A model generated the notes under the pieces. The model did not search any database and was not told the origin of the DNA. It saw only the letters and a list, made by a program, of their open reading frames with translations. Both the position numbers and the translations under genes were made by a program. This document shows, one piece after another, positions 1 to 41,862 of a stretch of 64,000 nt of DNA. Numbering within the stretch: the stretch's first letter is position 1; every line of letters starts with the position of its first letter. The stretch is from Tubiluchus corallicola (taxonomy: Eukaryota > Animalia > Priapulida), in the NCBI GenBank assembly GCA_030141605.1, contig JAQGDQ010000027.1:310001-374000 (forward strand). Reading direction: 5' to 3'.

Positions 1-32
1 TGAAAAACGGAAAAAATCACATAAATTGCCAA

Positions 33-65
33 TGTATGTATGTATGTATGTATGTATGTATGTAT
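33..65. repeat. (TATG)n microsatellite
   Basis: About 8 tandem TATG units. Confidence 0.95.
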
Positions 66-716
66 AACAGTTCTGACTGATGCAAATCTCTCCATGTGCA
101 GGCACTAGTCAGTCAGTACATTAAAACACTAGTGTTAATTTAACAAACGATAAGATTTTCAACTTAAATAACATGAATTAGGCATAATATATATCGGCTG
201 AGCATTAAACTATGCAGTAAATCATTTTAATTTAACAATACATGAATTTACACATCGAAAGGGGTGAAAAGGGTTAATCAGCCAGAACAGTAGAAATGTT
301 GTACTCATTCTCCAGTGAATAAAGTTACTAGACCCAATGTATTTTTATTTAAACCTTTTGCTTGATTTTATAAAATTTTGAAATGTGTGCTTTTCTAAGT
401 AATTATATTTTTTAAGTGTGACATCTTTATGCATTAACACTATAAAACACTTCTGAAAAAAATTCTATTAGTAATTTCATGTGATCACTTTTCATTTTTT
501 CAATTGAAAATAAACTACAACAATAGTTCAAAATGTCAAGTTTTTCCTCCTGCCTTAATTGTGGTTTTTTCCATTAACTACATTATCTTTGTAAGCATGA
601 ATAGTCAACTAACGTTTGCCTTCACTTTACAACACACAAAAAAGTTGAAATCTTTTACACTAACACACACATTCCCAATGTACTGCGTGTTTACACAAAA
701 GTGTACAGCTACTTAC

Positions 717-29259
<28,543 letters not shown>

Positions 29260-29399
29260 TCTTACATCTTTTTTGGCTTCATTTACATGATTCTGCAAAA
29301 AAATAGAAACACATATATACAGAACCTAATTTCAAGGCAGTGATTAGAAAACTACAATGAATTTTTAACAAATCTAATTATCTGAATAACGGAACAGAT

Positions 29400-29760
29400 A
29401 ATTATGCTTGTTTATCTCCTCTCTTCTTACAACTGCCCCATTACAATATTACAAATGAACTCAGTTTGGATCTCCTTTTGTCTTAATAACAAATCCTGGC
29501 TTCTGTCCAGTTCTTCTTACTGCTCTTCTCAAATTAATGCTCCAACAACACGCAATTTAAAATCTGGAAATCCTTCATTGTCCCAACAACCCTTTCATTT
29601 CTTCACTTCATTCTTTCTAAGTAGAAGGCCCAAAAGTTTCGAGAATCTTTACCCTTTCCTTACCTGAAAACTGCCAAACATAAAGCTTTCATCTTCTTCA
29701 CAGTTGGGAACCTCATCACCTGCTAACAATGGCGTTACAGTCGGAAACATTTAGCTGGGT
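29400..29760 (-). mobile_element. Probable decayed LINE ORF2 C-terminal fragment
   Basis: Minus-strand remnant PNCEEDES ... with internal stops and an E/K-rich tail; weak similarity only. Confidence 0.35.
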
Positions 29761-30827
29761 AAAAACTTATGCAGTGTGACAAAACCTTCAGTTAACTTTA
29801 ATAGTCATACAGTACAATAGACTTTAATAACGGTATGGTACCTCACTCTTCACCAACTAAAGAAAAAGCCTAAGACATTCTAAGAAAGTTCCAAACCTTC
29901 ATTATAACTACCTAATGTCTCATTTAGCAACTACCGTATCAGGTATGATCCCCGTCATGACTGTGTGACAATCAAAGTGGTCATGCATCACTGGTGAGTG
30001 TCGTGTGACTAGGTTATCATGCTTGTTGATTGTCATATGCGACAAACAAAGCTCTACAATAGTTGAAAATTGAATTGAAATGAAACAAAATCAGTGGCCT
30101 TGTGCAGAAGGTTCTGGCCTTTGATTGGGTAATTCTACTTGGGGAAAAAGTCATGTCACTCAGGAATCATGTAAACTGAATTTCAACATTAGCATGCAAT
30201 AAAAATGTCACTTGAAAATGACTTATGCATGTCTTCCTGCAACTTCTTCGAGTCACTAATTCACTTACACGTTGCCTACTTCTTTAATTGCTGCTTTGGG
30301 TATTCCATCATGACCACTGCAACTTCTTTAATTTTCTCTTAGCACTTGTGTACTCCATCAAATCTTCAGCTTGAACCCATCTTTTATTTAAATGAGTAAA
30401 TGTGACAAAATTGTACAAGCTCACGAAGATGAACTACCTGGACACTTCTAATTGGCGTACATAAAGCCAAAAAAACAATACGGACGGTTAATACTTACAA
30501 AACTTTGCAAACTCTTTACTTACTGCACTATAATTCAATTTGTTTGGGGTTATACCATACTCGAAGTTGGATACTACACTTTCCTTTTTGACTTCGTGCC
30601 AATTGAGGGATATGGGAATAAAATAACTTGGATTTTTTACCCAAAATTTAATAACACAACTTTGCAGCAAAAAGTTGACAAAGAGACGATTACAGATAGT
30701 AGTTTTATAGCTAAGCCAAAATTTACCCAAATTTCAAAAATTTAGCGACCAAAATTTGGGATTCGAGAGAGCAGAGCTTAAGACACGTGAATCCACTCTG
30801 TGGGGCGCCGAGTAACCCACTAGCTGA

Positions 30828-30928
30828 AGTAGGACAATTGGCGTACATGGGCTAGCCCAAGTAGGACGCGTCGTACAAGGGCTAGCCCAAGTAGGACACG
30901 TCGTACAAGGGCTGCCCAAGTAGGACAC
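30828..30928. repeat. GC-rich ~30-bp minisatellite, ~3.3 copies
   Basis: gtaggacrcgtcgtacaagggctagcccaa repeated head-to-tail in the LARS2-RPL13 divergent region. Confidence 0.9.
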
Positions 30929-31546
30929 TAGAGACAGGTCACAAATTGAGTCGTTAGCCGTACTGGCAGCACCAGTTGTCCTTGTTTATTTAATAATAAT
31001 AACTGAAAATGTCAAAAACGTTGAATAATCTTATTTTGAATTAGTAAAATTTCCAATATGAAATTTGGCTTCAATATTAATCTTTTTGTAGTGAAATAAG
31101 CCCACCTCTTAGGCGATTCCAACATTTGCTTAAGGTATATCATTTTTATTTTGTCTCCCTTCACAGACACGTTGTTTCACTACCTCTTGGACAAATTATT
31201 GTTTTCTGCTAAGTAAATGGGCTAGCGAGCTATATGCCCTACATAGTTCCTTTCTTTAAAACATTAGATAGTTAGTTGAATGTTATGATGATATTAATGG
31301 ACCTAATAATAATGAAGATATTACTGTAAAAACAGATTGTAAATTGTCAAGGAGTATCCATCATTATTATAAAGTTTTTTTTTCTAAAACATTATGTCAT
31401 AATTCTCGACAGCAATGTAGGACGCTGCTTTTCCGCAAATTTAGCACATGCATTTTACACGAACTGTTAAACTTTGGCTAGTGGCTTACTCGGCGCCCTA
31501 CACACTCAATCCAGTGCATCAATTCTGTAGTAGGTGACAGCACAAA

Positions 31547-31579
31547 CTTCCTTTTCCGGCTTCGGCCATAGTAAAATTG
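31547..31579 (+). promoter_or_regulatory. TCT core promoter / 5'TOP start and putative non-coding exon 1 of RPL13
   Basis: cttcCttttccggc matches the YYC+1TTTYY TCT motif typical of ribosomal protein genes (C+1 near 31551); possible donor ttg|gttggt at 31579/31580. Confidence 0.75.
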
Positions 31580-32189
31580 GTTGGTATTTTTAATACTTGC
31601 AAAATCCGTTTGTACCTTTGCAATCATAAGCAAATAATAATTATTTATTTCTATAATTTATCGTGTTATTTTTTCCTCGTAAACAAGTTAAAAATCTTTT
31701 TCGCCCTGCATGCCTATCAAAGTAAACTGTATACGAATTTACTAAGTAACATACAACAGCGATAATTCTCTTGTTTATCTTTCAACCCCACAGTGTTTTG
31801 AGAGTCAAGTTAGTATATTTGTAATAATGCTGCACATAACATTGTTTAGACACCAGTATTAAAAGAAGTAGCGATATCACTATCTTTGTTTACCATAGGT
31901 TCACCAACATCTAAAGACACTCTAAATCATTTTTTCGAAAATTTGCTTCCTATTATGTATCTTATTGTATTAATTGTGTATTTGTGTTGATGTGAAATAA
32001 ATAAACAAAACAAAATAAACTACCGCCACCATTTTGACTTGGTGTAAGGAACCGAAAACTAGAAACCATACACTCAATCTGTAAACAAGTTTTCTGTGAC
32101 GTTTGCGCCTTGACTACAATAATTGTAACGACTTGGTACACTATACACATAGTCTATAGCTAAGGCCCTGACTAATATCATGCTGTAGA

Positions 32190-32800
32190 AAAACTTGGGT
32201 GTTTGCAGACTTGTTTCTCATGAATCCAATCTATATTTCTTTTTTCAATAGCATTAACAAACTTTTGGATAGCCCCTTTGAGGTAAACAATTCCACAAGT
32301 CAATTGTCCTGTGTCTGAAAAAATATTTTCTTAAATCCTGCTTAAAACTTGTACAATTGTAACTGATGTCCTCGCATTGCCTGTTATTTATGTGAAGATA
32401 ACTGTCTTGTTACACAACAAATATCACAACGTGCTCACCGTTATGGTAAGCATCATTCTGCTATGGCTAATAAATGTGAAGAAGTTTCCAATATCCACTT
32501 CATCATTTCTTTTAATAACTTCGAATGTTTGTATTGAATCAGCACACGTCCTTCTAGTTGATAATGTATGCGACTTAGACACTTATGTCACTGACTATAT
32601 AGAACATTCTTTAACTCTTCAACCATTTTTATAACCCTTCTTTGGACATCCTTGATCAAACATGTCTTTAATAAAGTGTAGAGTCCAAACAGGACTAGCA
32701 TATTCCACAACTGGACGGACTTCGGATTTATATAGTGTGATGAATATGCTTGCGTTTTTATCATGCCAAGTAGCTTGTTTTGCTTTTTTGACTTTTATGG
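32190..32800 (-). mobile_element. CR1-like LINE 3' fragment in RPL13 intron 1
   Basis: Minus-strand remnants LYKSEVRPVVEYASPVW and FFRHRTIDLWNCLP match the CR1 RT C-terminal consensus. Confidence 0.7.
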
Positions 32801-33605
32801 AAATGTGCTTTCCGGATTTTATGTATGATTTCGAAACTTTTCGAATTTTTTTTTAATTTTTTTAATGTTGATACTGTAATTTTTTTGTTTTTGTTCCTGA
32901 ATTTTTCCTGTTTTCTAAATCTAACTTCACAAACAAGTTGGTAAAACCAAGCCAAGATAAAAATAGTTCTTTATTTTTATATTTGCCTAGTTATGCCGAA
33001 GATTAATGATTTAGTTAAAATGATAATTCAGGAGTTTCAGTGATGTGAATTTGACTGAGTTTTCTAAGTGTCTTTTTCTTTATCAGTGTGATATCCATAG
33101 TTGGAATTTGTCAATTATTCTGCTAGAACCGGAACTTGCTAACTGATTTTTAGATACCAAATTTTGTACATTTCTATTAGTGTTACTGGTGCATTACCTT
33201 GTGTATGTTCAACTAATCATACTGTAGAGCATAGCTTAGAAGTAGGTCTTGCACTTTCTATGAAATGACGGTATAGGCAACAGTGAGACGATGTCAGCCT
33301 TTAAACTGTCCTTGCACCATGAGTTGTTAGTTAATAAAACTAAAAATGTTTTGTAATAGTTTTTGAGTTGAAATATACTATAATACCACACACACTACCA
33401 GCACCAGTGGCAGTCCTGTGTGTGGGTATAGACATGCAAACATATCTCATTTTATTGTAGTATTATTGTGTTACATTTAGTAAGCATCCTGCCAACAGAA
33501 TGCCTATATTATGTAGGCATTAACCATAGCTATTTTTACCTTTATTTAAGTATTGCAGAATGAAATTTTATTATTACCAGGTTCTGTCTCTTTTGCAGAT
33601 TCAAC

Positions 33606-36600
33606 ATGCCGTTAAAACGGAATAGTATGGTGCCCAATGGGCACTTTCATAAAGATTGGCAAAGGTAATGTTTATAATTTGCAGTCAGAACCTTTGCTTT
33701 TAAATTCATTCAAGCACTGTTTACTCAGGTCGAATATTGTGCAGTGTTTGGCGCACTAGCCCATATACCGCATTTGCACTACTGCGCATGCACCAAAAAT
33801 CTGGAAAACAAATGCGGTATAGCAGCTGCCCGAGTACTGCACTGAGTTTCATTATACATGAAATTAGTTAATCAAAATTTTAGGTGAGGATTTTTATTTC
33901 TGGCTAATTTCTTTGCAAAGTGTTGTGGCATTTTGACTAGTTGCATTTAATTCTGTTTTTGTCTGTTTTGTGCATTCAGTGATCTTATCATCTAGAACTT
34001 GAAAATTTATCTTGTCTAACTTCTATAATAATGACAATAATGTAACATTTTTATTAATAACAGTAAATTATAGTGAAATAAAGTAGCTAGGCCTATTTCA
34101 TTCTAAGAGATTTTTGCTGGCAAAATCAAAAGAGAGGCCACAACGACTATCTCTGGTTTAAAAAAAACTGCGAGTAAAACTGCCTGCAAGCAAAAATAGT
34201 GTCCAAATTAATGACAAATAGTCATTTTCATGTATAAAGAAACAAAAATTGTATGAAAATGCATTGGAACCAACTTGTAATCCTCAACCAACAAGTTTAG
34301 CACTTAGAAAAGATAATACCAAAATAAAATCAAAGAGTATATTTTATAGATAGTACAAAAATAGTATTAAGGAATAAAAGCTAAACAGCATTAGCTAAGC
34401 AGCAGCACTTACATAACAAAACACACACTTGAAGGTAAATGGCTCATCAGCCCATATGCCATACTTCAGACGAAAAATGTTTGATTTTGATCTCGCCTGT
34501 CCATATATGTACCACTATAATTTCAAATGAGATACTAAATGAAGTGTTATTGTTATTTATTGCTACCTATAATTAAGTCATTTATTGCTACCTATAATTA
34601 AGTCAAAGGGGCAGACACTGTTAAGATTAAGAAGTATGTAAAATTAAAAATATCAGTTCTGGAAACCAATGCTCATCCTAATTTTATGGCTCAAAATTGA
34701 TAAAGTATGTCATTTTATTAAATTTAAAATTTAAATTTGATTAATTAATATTTTGATATATATTATTATTAAATAAAAAGGAAAAGACGATTAACTCCAT
34801 ACATTTCAAAAGCTTCTGATGCAGCTCAGTTTCTGTTGCTGAGGTATTTGGGAAGCCTGGCCAGACTGAGTAAGCATGAGTAGTATATGGGGCAGTGACC
34901 AAGTGCTGCAATGTGCGGTATAGTAAAGAATCAATTACGTCTGAATATTTAGTGGGGATGCCTTGCTCGTCTCGCGCAGCTTTGTTACAAACTTGAGCGG
35001 TGTGATCGAAGCAGGAAATTGAAAACTCTGTGATTAGTTTTTTCGACTGAATCGAATGAGAGACTTGAGAGCAATGTGATCCAGGAATATGTGGTAGATA
35101 TTCAAACTATTATACAGGCTTTTGAGACATTTGTAAGCAGTCGTGGCCGATGTTGAGTTAGAAAATGACCTCTTTGATACGCCTCAAGATCGCAGTTTGC
35201 ACAAGACTTTCCGACCAAATATTGAAATGTGTGATAGATTCTTTACTGTTTCAGCATTGCTTGTTGTAATAAATTATTTTGTGCAATTATTCAGTGTTTT
35301 TGTATGTCCCCAGCAAAAGGTTAGGTGTGACCTTGTACTTTACGTGTGTTTGTGCCTTGAAGATTCTTTTTTCCACGCATTGACTGTGCAGACGACATCC
35401 CAATTCAGTGTTTTCAGTGAATAATTAATTGTAATTAACTATAACATATAACCATTTCTTTTGTTTCAGATATGTGAAAACATGGTTTAATCAACCTGCA
35501 AGGAAAAAGCGGCGCCATGACAAGCGGGTTAAAAAGGCACGCCTTATTGCACCCCGACCAGCTGCTGGGCCATTAAGACCCATTGTTCGTTGTCCAACAT
35601 TTAGGTACAATACGAAAGTGCGAGCAGGACGTGGATTCACACTGCAAGAACTTAAGGTAGTCCTTATTGACCACCACTGCAGGAAATAGTTCCAGACTGT
35701 ATTATGTGTAAGGTGGCTACATCTGTTAATAATAAAGAGGAAACATAAGTTGGTATACCATTAAACAATGACAACTCAAAGACTGGCTATTGATAAGAGT
35801 TGTATGTTTAAATTATAGTAATATACATTTATAATAGATTGGCAAGATTGATTACTATGATCTTAGCCTTCCGTGTGATGCTGAGGCTGTCGAAAGCAAG
35901 GCTGAAAAATATAGCGAGTCACTCAGGATCTGAACCAAGACCTTGCAGTTAGAATTCTTATTTTCAACCATTTTAGCTCTATCACAGTAATGAGATACTA
36001 ATTGTAACATCCTATAAATTACCTGGAATTAGATAGTGACTGCAAGTACCCAGAAATCAACAAACTATTGCAGTTTATTGCCCAACAACTGCAAACAACA
36101 TCACTTATCAACCTAGTGCATAACCAGTGACAATTACTAATTTAGGTCACTTATCCTAAACTAATTCATTGTATTTCAATTCAGAGTAATTTTATGAAGG
36201 TCATAACAACTTCTGATTGAGTCAAAAGGTCTTGAGTCATTTGGCATAAATTTTGTTTTAAAATGGTAAGCATTAAATAACTGATTATAGAATTGAATTA
36301 TAAATTCTTGCACTAAGAAATTAGATGTTATTTTTTTAGGGTGCAGCGATTAACAAGAAAGTAGCTAAAACAATTGGCATTGCCGTAGACTATAGACGAC
36401 GGAACTCTTCAGTAGAATCATTGCAGGCTAACGTGCAGAGATTAAAGGAGTATAAATCTAAGTTAATCCTTTTCCCTAGGAAGTCTAAAAAGGGTGGCTC
36501 CAGTGTAAGTTATTGCGTTTATGTCTTTGTTTACCAAAACCTTTGACTATTTATTAGTCGTGTTATTTTTGTTAACCATGCCAAGTTAGTTGTGCATTCT

Positions 36601-37520
36601 GCAAGTACATGAGATCGTACATAAAGAATGGAGCTAAGCGCAAACATGCTAAAATAAATTGAAAATGCCAATATGTTTTGTAATATATATTGCTTGCTTA
36701 TATATATTAATGCTTGCAAACCAGAACCGTCCATTGGTCAATTTTTGTCAATTTTTTGTTTTCGTAAAAACAAATGCTAAATATATTGCACTTTTATATT
36801 CTAGCATCAAATTATCAAGAAAATGTTCAAAAATACTGAAAATGTAATTTTATAAACCGGTTTTCTCGCTAGAAACTAGTAATGCAATTGTAAAAAACCA
36901 CTAAATTGTAGTTTTATGATTGCCAGTTTATATACATTTACCATATATATGTGCTGTACATTTAGACATTGGTTACAAGAGACTGTTGAAATCTAAAATT
37001 AAGACTAAGAGATTATAACTCTGCTGCAGAGAGAATAGCGAGCCAGGAACCCTTCAGTTTTCCAGCTATTTTATTATCATCATTTTGTCCTTTTAGTGCC
37101 AAATTAGCTTTCACCATACATATGTAACATAGCAAACATCAATATATAATATAAATTTCCAGCAACTTAGTGTAGTGATTTTGCAGCACAAATAAAACCC
37201 TTGGGGACTGATAAGGTAACGAGATGCATTTTGATACTTGTTAATCCCAGGTGTAGCTTTAAATTTTACTTGAAAGCATGTTTCTTATCTTTTAGGAAGA
37301 AGAGTTGAAGATGGCCACTCAGCTGAAGGGTATTGTGATGCCAATTAAAGCAGAACATAAAAAAGAGAAGGCACGCATGATTACTGATGAGGATCGTAAA
37401 TATAGCGCTTTTACTGCAATACGGCAAGCTCGTGCACATAAGCGTCTGGCTGGTCTGCGAGCAAAGCGAGCTAAAGAAGCAGCAGAGGAAGCGGAGGCAG
37501 CCAAGCCCAGAGGAAAGTAG
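33606..37520 (+). CDS. RPL13: 60S ribosomal protein L13 (eL13), 211 aa
   Basis: Exons 33606-33664, 35470-35656, 36340-36504, 37296-37520. Peptides: [61 protein letters not shown] at 37569. Confidence 0.98.
35862..35960 (-). mobile_element. tRNA-derived SINE fragment in RPL13 intron 3
   Basis: Minus strand ...ctgcaaggtcttggttcagatcctgagtgactcgc has a B-box-like GGTTCAGATCC followed by a body containing a short inverted repeat (agcctt/aaggct). Confidence 0.45.
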
Positions 37521-38728
37521 TTCCACCTCTATTGTGTCATTAATGGTTTTGTGTATAATATTTGACAAAATAAATGCCATGTACTTGATACATCAATACG
37601 AGATCTGTTTGATTTGTGTATACATTCTTTTGAAAACTGACAAAATTACATCTCCTCGCATAGGAGACATGGTGTAAAACCTGGTAGGCAGTATTTATAG
37701 ATTTTTAACAGTGGAACGTGCAGGGAGAATCTATCTAAACTTGCATTTTATGTTGGACACACTTTTAGGAGCAGGCACTTGTCACACGTACTTTCTAAAT
37801 GTAGTGAGCAGTTAGACAGTATTAATATTAGTAAACTGTTTAATGTAATTCCATCCTTTCAAAAGTACCTTGCACTGAAAGTGCATACTGCACACATTTT
37901 GAACTGAAATCATAAACTCCCTAAACTCGCTTATGTATGACTATCCTTTCTAAGCTTTTTTTGTGGTTTTCATTCCGGTACTAGTATTAACTGGGGTTCC
38001 ATTTAGTTGTGATGTGTAGTAATGTATCGGTTTACCTTACTGGAGTAGCCTAATTATGACGATTTTTGTCAATACCTGAAACTGGCCAGTAATAGGGAGA
38101 GCAGCCTGGTGATTGGGGAACCTCCACAAAGGCTGTCACCGTATAATTAATGACAAATGATGATCTTACTGACCGCCTCAGCTTAGGTTTAAATTAATGC
38201 ATCTGGGAGTGAGAGAAATATCCACATAAATATCTTGGTGACTAAGTTTCACCTCAAATGTGAGATTGTGGAAATGCGCCAAAGCATCATATTACTTATC
38301 CGACCTACCTAATTTCATGTACGGCACGAATATTTGGCAGAAAGTGTCGGAATTTTACATCGAAATTCCTTCTCAGCTTTTTCACTAGTATAAGTTTAAT
38401 AAGTAATGACTGAAAACAAATGAATAGAATACAACAATATTTAAAACATTGTCACATGCAACTAGGCTAGTGGTATTAGAGTAAATTAATATTTGTGAAA
38501 ATGTTAGACTTGAATATAGTAGCAATAGCATAAAACTAATCACCTAGCAGTAGTGTTTAATTATTTAGTGTCTAGACAGTGAATTTCAACCGTGTGTAGA
38601 GCTCTGCAAAACAATGGTGTAGTGGAGGAATTATGTGAGTCACGTTTGGCACAGTGTTAGAAATATTGTTCTACTACAGTAAAATACTGATTACCACACC
38701 AGATGCTGTAATTCTGAAATGAGTACAA

Positions 38729-39120
38729 ATAGTCAACCTCGGATATAAGGGACACTTCCGGACCGGAAAAAAGCGTTCCTTATATCCGATGTCCCTTATA
38801 GCCAAAGTGGAGTCAGATCGAGGGTGTATCTAGACCTGTACTTTTACCATATTTTTATGGATTATTGCTACACATTCAGTGCAAATGGTATATAGGAAGC
38901 TCCTTCAGTGATGCGAGGTGTATGTGACCGTGGAAACTGAGTTGTTTGAAGGCCGAGTTTGCAAAAAATTGAAGTTAAAAATCGGTTTTGCTATGATCAT
39001 AGGGTCCCTTATATCCGTGTACCTTATACACGAAGATTTTTACATAGAAAAAACGTTACGAAAAATCAGGACCGGTGTTGGTGGTCCCTTATAAGCGAGT
39101 ACCTTGTACCCGCTTTTGTA
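38729..39120. mobile_element. Tc1/mariner (Tigger/pogo-like) MITE
   Basis: Starts (t)agtcaacctcggatataagggacac; repeated subterminal cccttatatccg motifs at both ends, with ggaccgg spacers. Confidence 0.65.
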
Positions 39121-41293
39121 TACTATCTATAATTAAACACAAGTTTTGATATTTTTGTTAAAAAACTGTTGGCGAAGCTGATGACAGGAAATGTGCAAGC
39201 TCCAGATTAACCTTTATTATGTTTCTAGCACTTTAATACGCCACCTTATCTTTCAAGCAGTAATTATATCCTAGTAATTCTAATTACACACATGGGACTG
39301 TCTTAACTCTACTGCCTGTCTGTATGAAGTGTTGATGCTAAGGGCTGTACAAACCACCTAACTATATATAATGCCTGATGTCAATAAAGTTCCTGCAAAA
39401 GGCTTTTATGTTGGAGTGGATGTGTGTCAGATTACCACTGACCTGTAAACTGGTCAGTGGTCAATGTGTGTGAAACAGGTTTGGCTAGTTATGAACACTT
39501 GTTGAATTTTAGTGTCCACTGTCCACACCCTGGAGAATTCGGTAAACAACGTAGTAACAAAATACTGCTGTGATTGTGCACCAGAAATCTCTGAGGAATC
39601 AGGTACTAGTGAAGTTTTTTTGTTCCTTATTGTTTTATTATACGTATTATGCAGTTCAGCACATTTTCTGATTTACTTGTGCATTTACAAATATCAGGAA
39701 GAAATGCTGAGGAGTTGTTAAAATATAATTTGGAAGTGACAACATCTTTGTATTTAAATCAGCAGTTCTACATTGGCTTGCGATTATAAATAACTAGATT
39801 TCTTATAGCATCAAGAAAGCATATGTAATCGACAAGATAACTACAGCATTTTAATAATAAAATCTGCGAATGTGGCCAAGAGCACTGTAAACAGTTATTA
39901 TTGGTATACCACAAGAAAATACAAGCATGCCAAGAAAGAGAATGATGGGGTAGTTGAAGGGACTTGGTACTTGGATATAGTTTGAAAACAATTTAAAGCA
40001 ATAAAAATCTGGCTGGACAAAAGAAGTGAGACAAGCGACATGTGGGGTGGACAAAACCAGTATGGGAAAGAAATGTAGGCTGATTATTGAGAAATAGGAA
40101 AGAGCAGTGGAGAAAAGCAATATGGCTTATCACAAGTACCCACATAACATCGTGTGGAAGACAATACAGGAGAAACAGAACTGAGATTTTTAAGATAATA
40201 GAGAAAGGCAGCTAAGAAAAGCAATATCATACTTGAAAGGAAATGAGAAAACGGAATGGAAACATAACTAAGTAACTTAGTAAAAAAGCTAATTATCGAA
40301 TCAAATTTAAAACAGTTGTGGAAGGTCCACATTTCATGTCATTTTTTCCTTCCTAAGTTTATTGAGTTGTCATTAATTAACGTTCATTTGTACAGATATA
40401 GTTTAATTTTCTCTTTTTGTTTTAACTTGAAACATTAATACTTAGGTTAAAATTATAGTAACCATTTTGTTATTTTCTGTTCGTTCTCCAGTTAAAAGTT
40501 GGAATATTCTATGTATAGTAAATCATAGGCAAATGAAGTACATAATTCAATGAAATAATTAAGCAGTAAGCAAATGTTTTAAATTCTTTCTAATCTTATA
40601 TATATTTACAGTTTATAATTATATATATATATATATAATTATAAATTGTAAATATATGTACTGTAGTAAGATTAAAAATATTATATATATGTATGTATGT
40701 TTGTACATACTTCAGTTTATATACAGTTAATATATTTATACTGCATAACACTAATTTAATACTCAGCTTGGAGTGGCTGACTTGATAACTGATTTTTGCC
40801 ACCCCTTCCCATTGTTTAGTTTTTTAATTTATACTTATTTTCCATGTATTTTTATTGGGATGAAAAATAAATGATTTGATTACCATAATGCAGAAGATAC
40901 ATCTGGACACCTATTGTTGTACATTAAGGGTACAGAGTACTACTACATGTATACATATTTCATACAAATACAATAAGTTATACAAATAAATAAGTATTGA
41001 ACTATCACAGTATTGAACTGCAATAAGTATTGAAGTATTGAATTTGAAACGCCATAACTTTTTTCCCCAAAGTGGATTTCAGGGAATTTTGAATATGTTA
41101 TTCTGGAAGACTTTCTGGGTACCTGTGCAAAAATTCAGCTTTACGCTATTTGTGGCTGGATCACAGCTTATTTTGACCGGATTATATATATAAACTACAA
41201 AGATGGAGCATGTGTGAGGAAGTGTATGATTAGAAGAGGCTTAGAAAGTGTACAGACTACCGGATAAAGTATTGGGATAAACAGTTTGTAGTG

Positions 41294-41607
41294 CAGGGCC
41301 GGAACTAGATGTGGCAAGCAGGGGGGGGGCGCAAAAATTTTCTGGGAGGGCGAGGTATCCGAAGTGGCTAAATAATGGTTAAGCCAATTTTTAACCCCCT
41401 TTATACTACATGCAGGCCTATAATTAGCATGTGTGTAGGACGGCGTAGCGAACATTTTTTTACCTAATTCTAATTCATATTGAAAATGATTACATGCGAA
41501 CTGCAATTTTCACTGCAAAAAAATTATTCGTCCGATTTTGCAGGGGAGGCGCAAATTTTGACAGGGGGCGTGCGCCCCCCCCTCGCTCCCCCCTAGTTCC
41601 GCCCCTG
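41294..41607. mobile_element. hAT-family MITE (314 bp) with perfect 8-bp TSD
   Basis: TIRs cagggccggaactag / ctagttccgcccctg; TSD ttgtagtg at 41286-41293 and 41608-41615. Confidence 0.9.
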
Positions 41608-41862
41608 TTGTAGTGGAACTTTTGGAAGACGCAATAAATCAGTATTATAAATATATTAATTATTGTTAAGATACTTGATAAAATTAAGGAAAATATTAGT
41701 GTCCAAACATAAATTTGAGAAAACAAAAACTAGTTCTATAATAGTTTAACTAATAGATTTTTCAGACAAATTGTACTTTATATCATATTTAAAATGAAGT
41801 CAGTAGAAATTATCAAGAACAGCTTGACTAATTAGTTTGTTTTATCAGCAAATTATTTCAGA

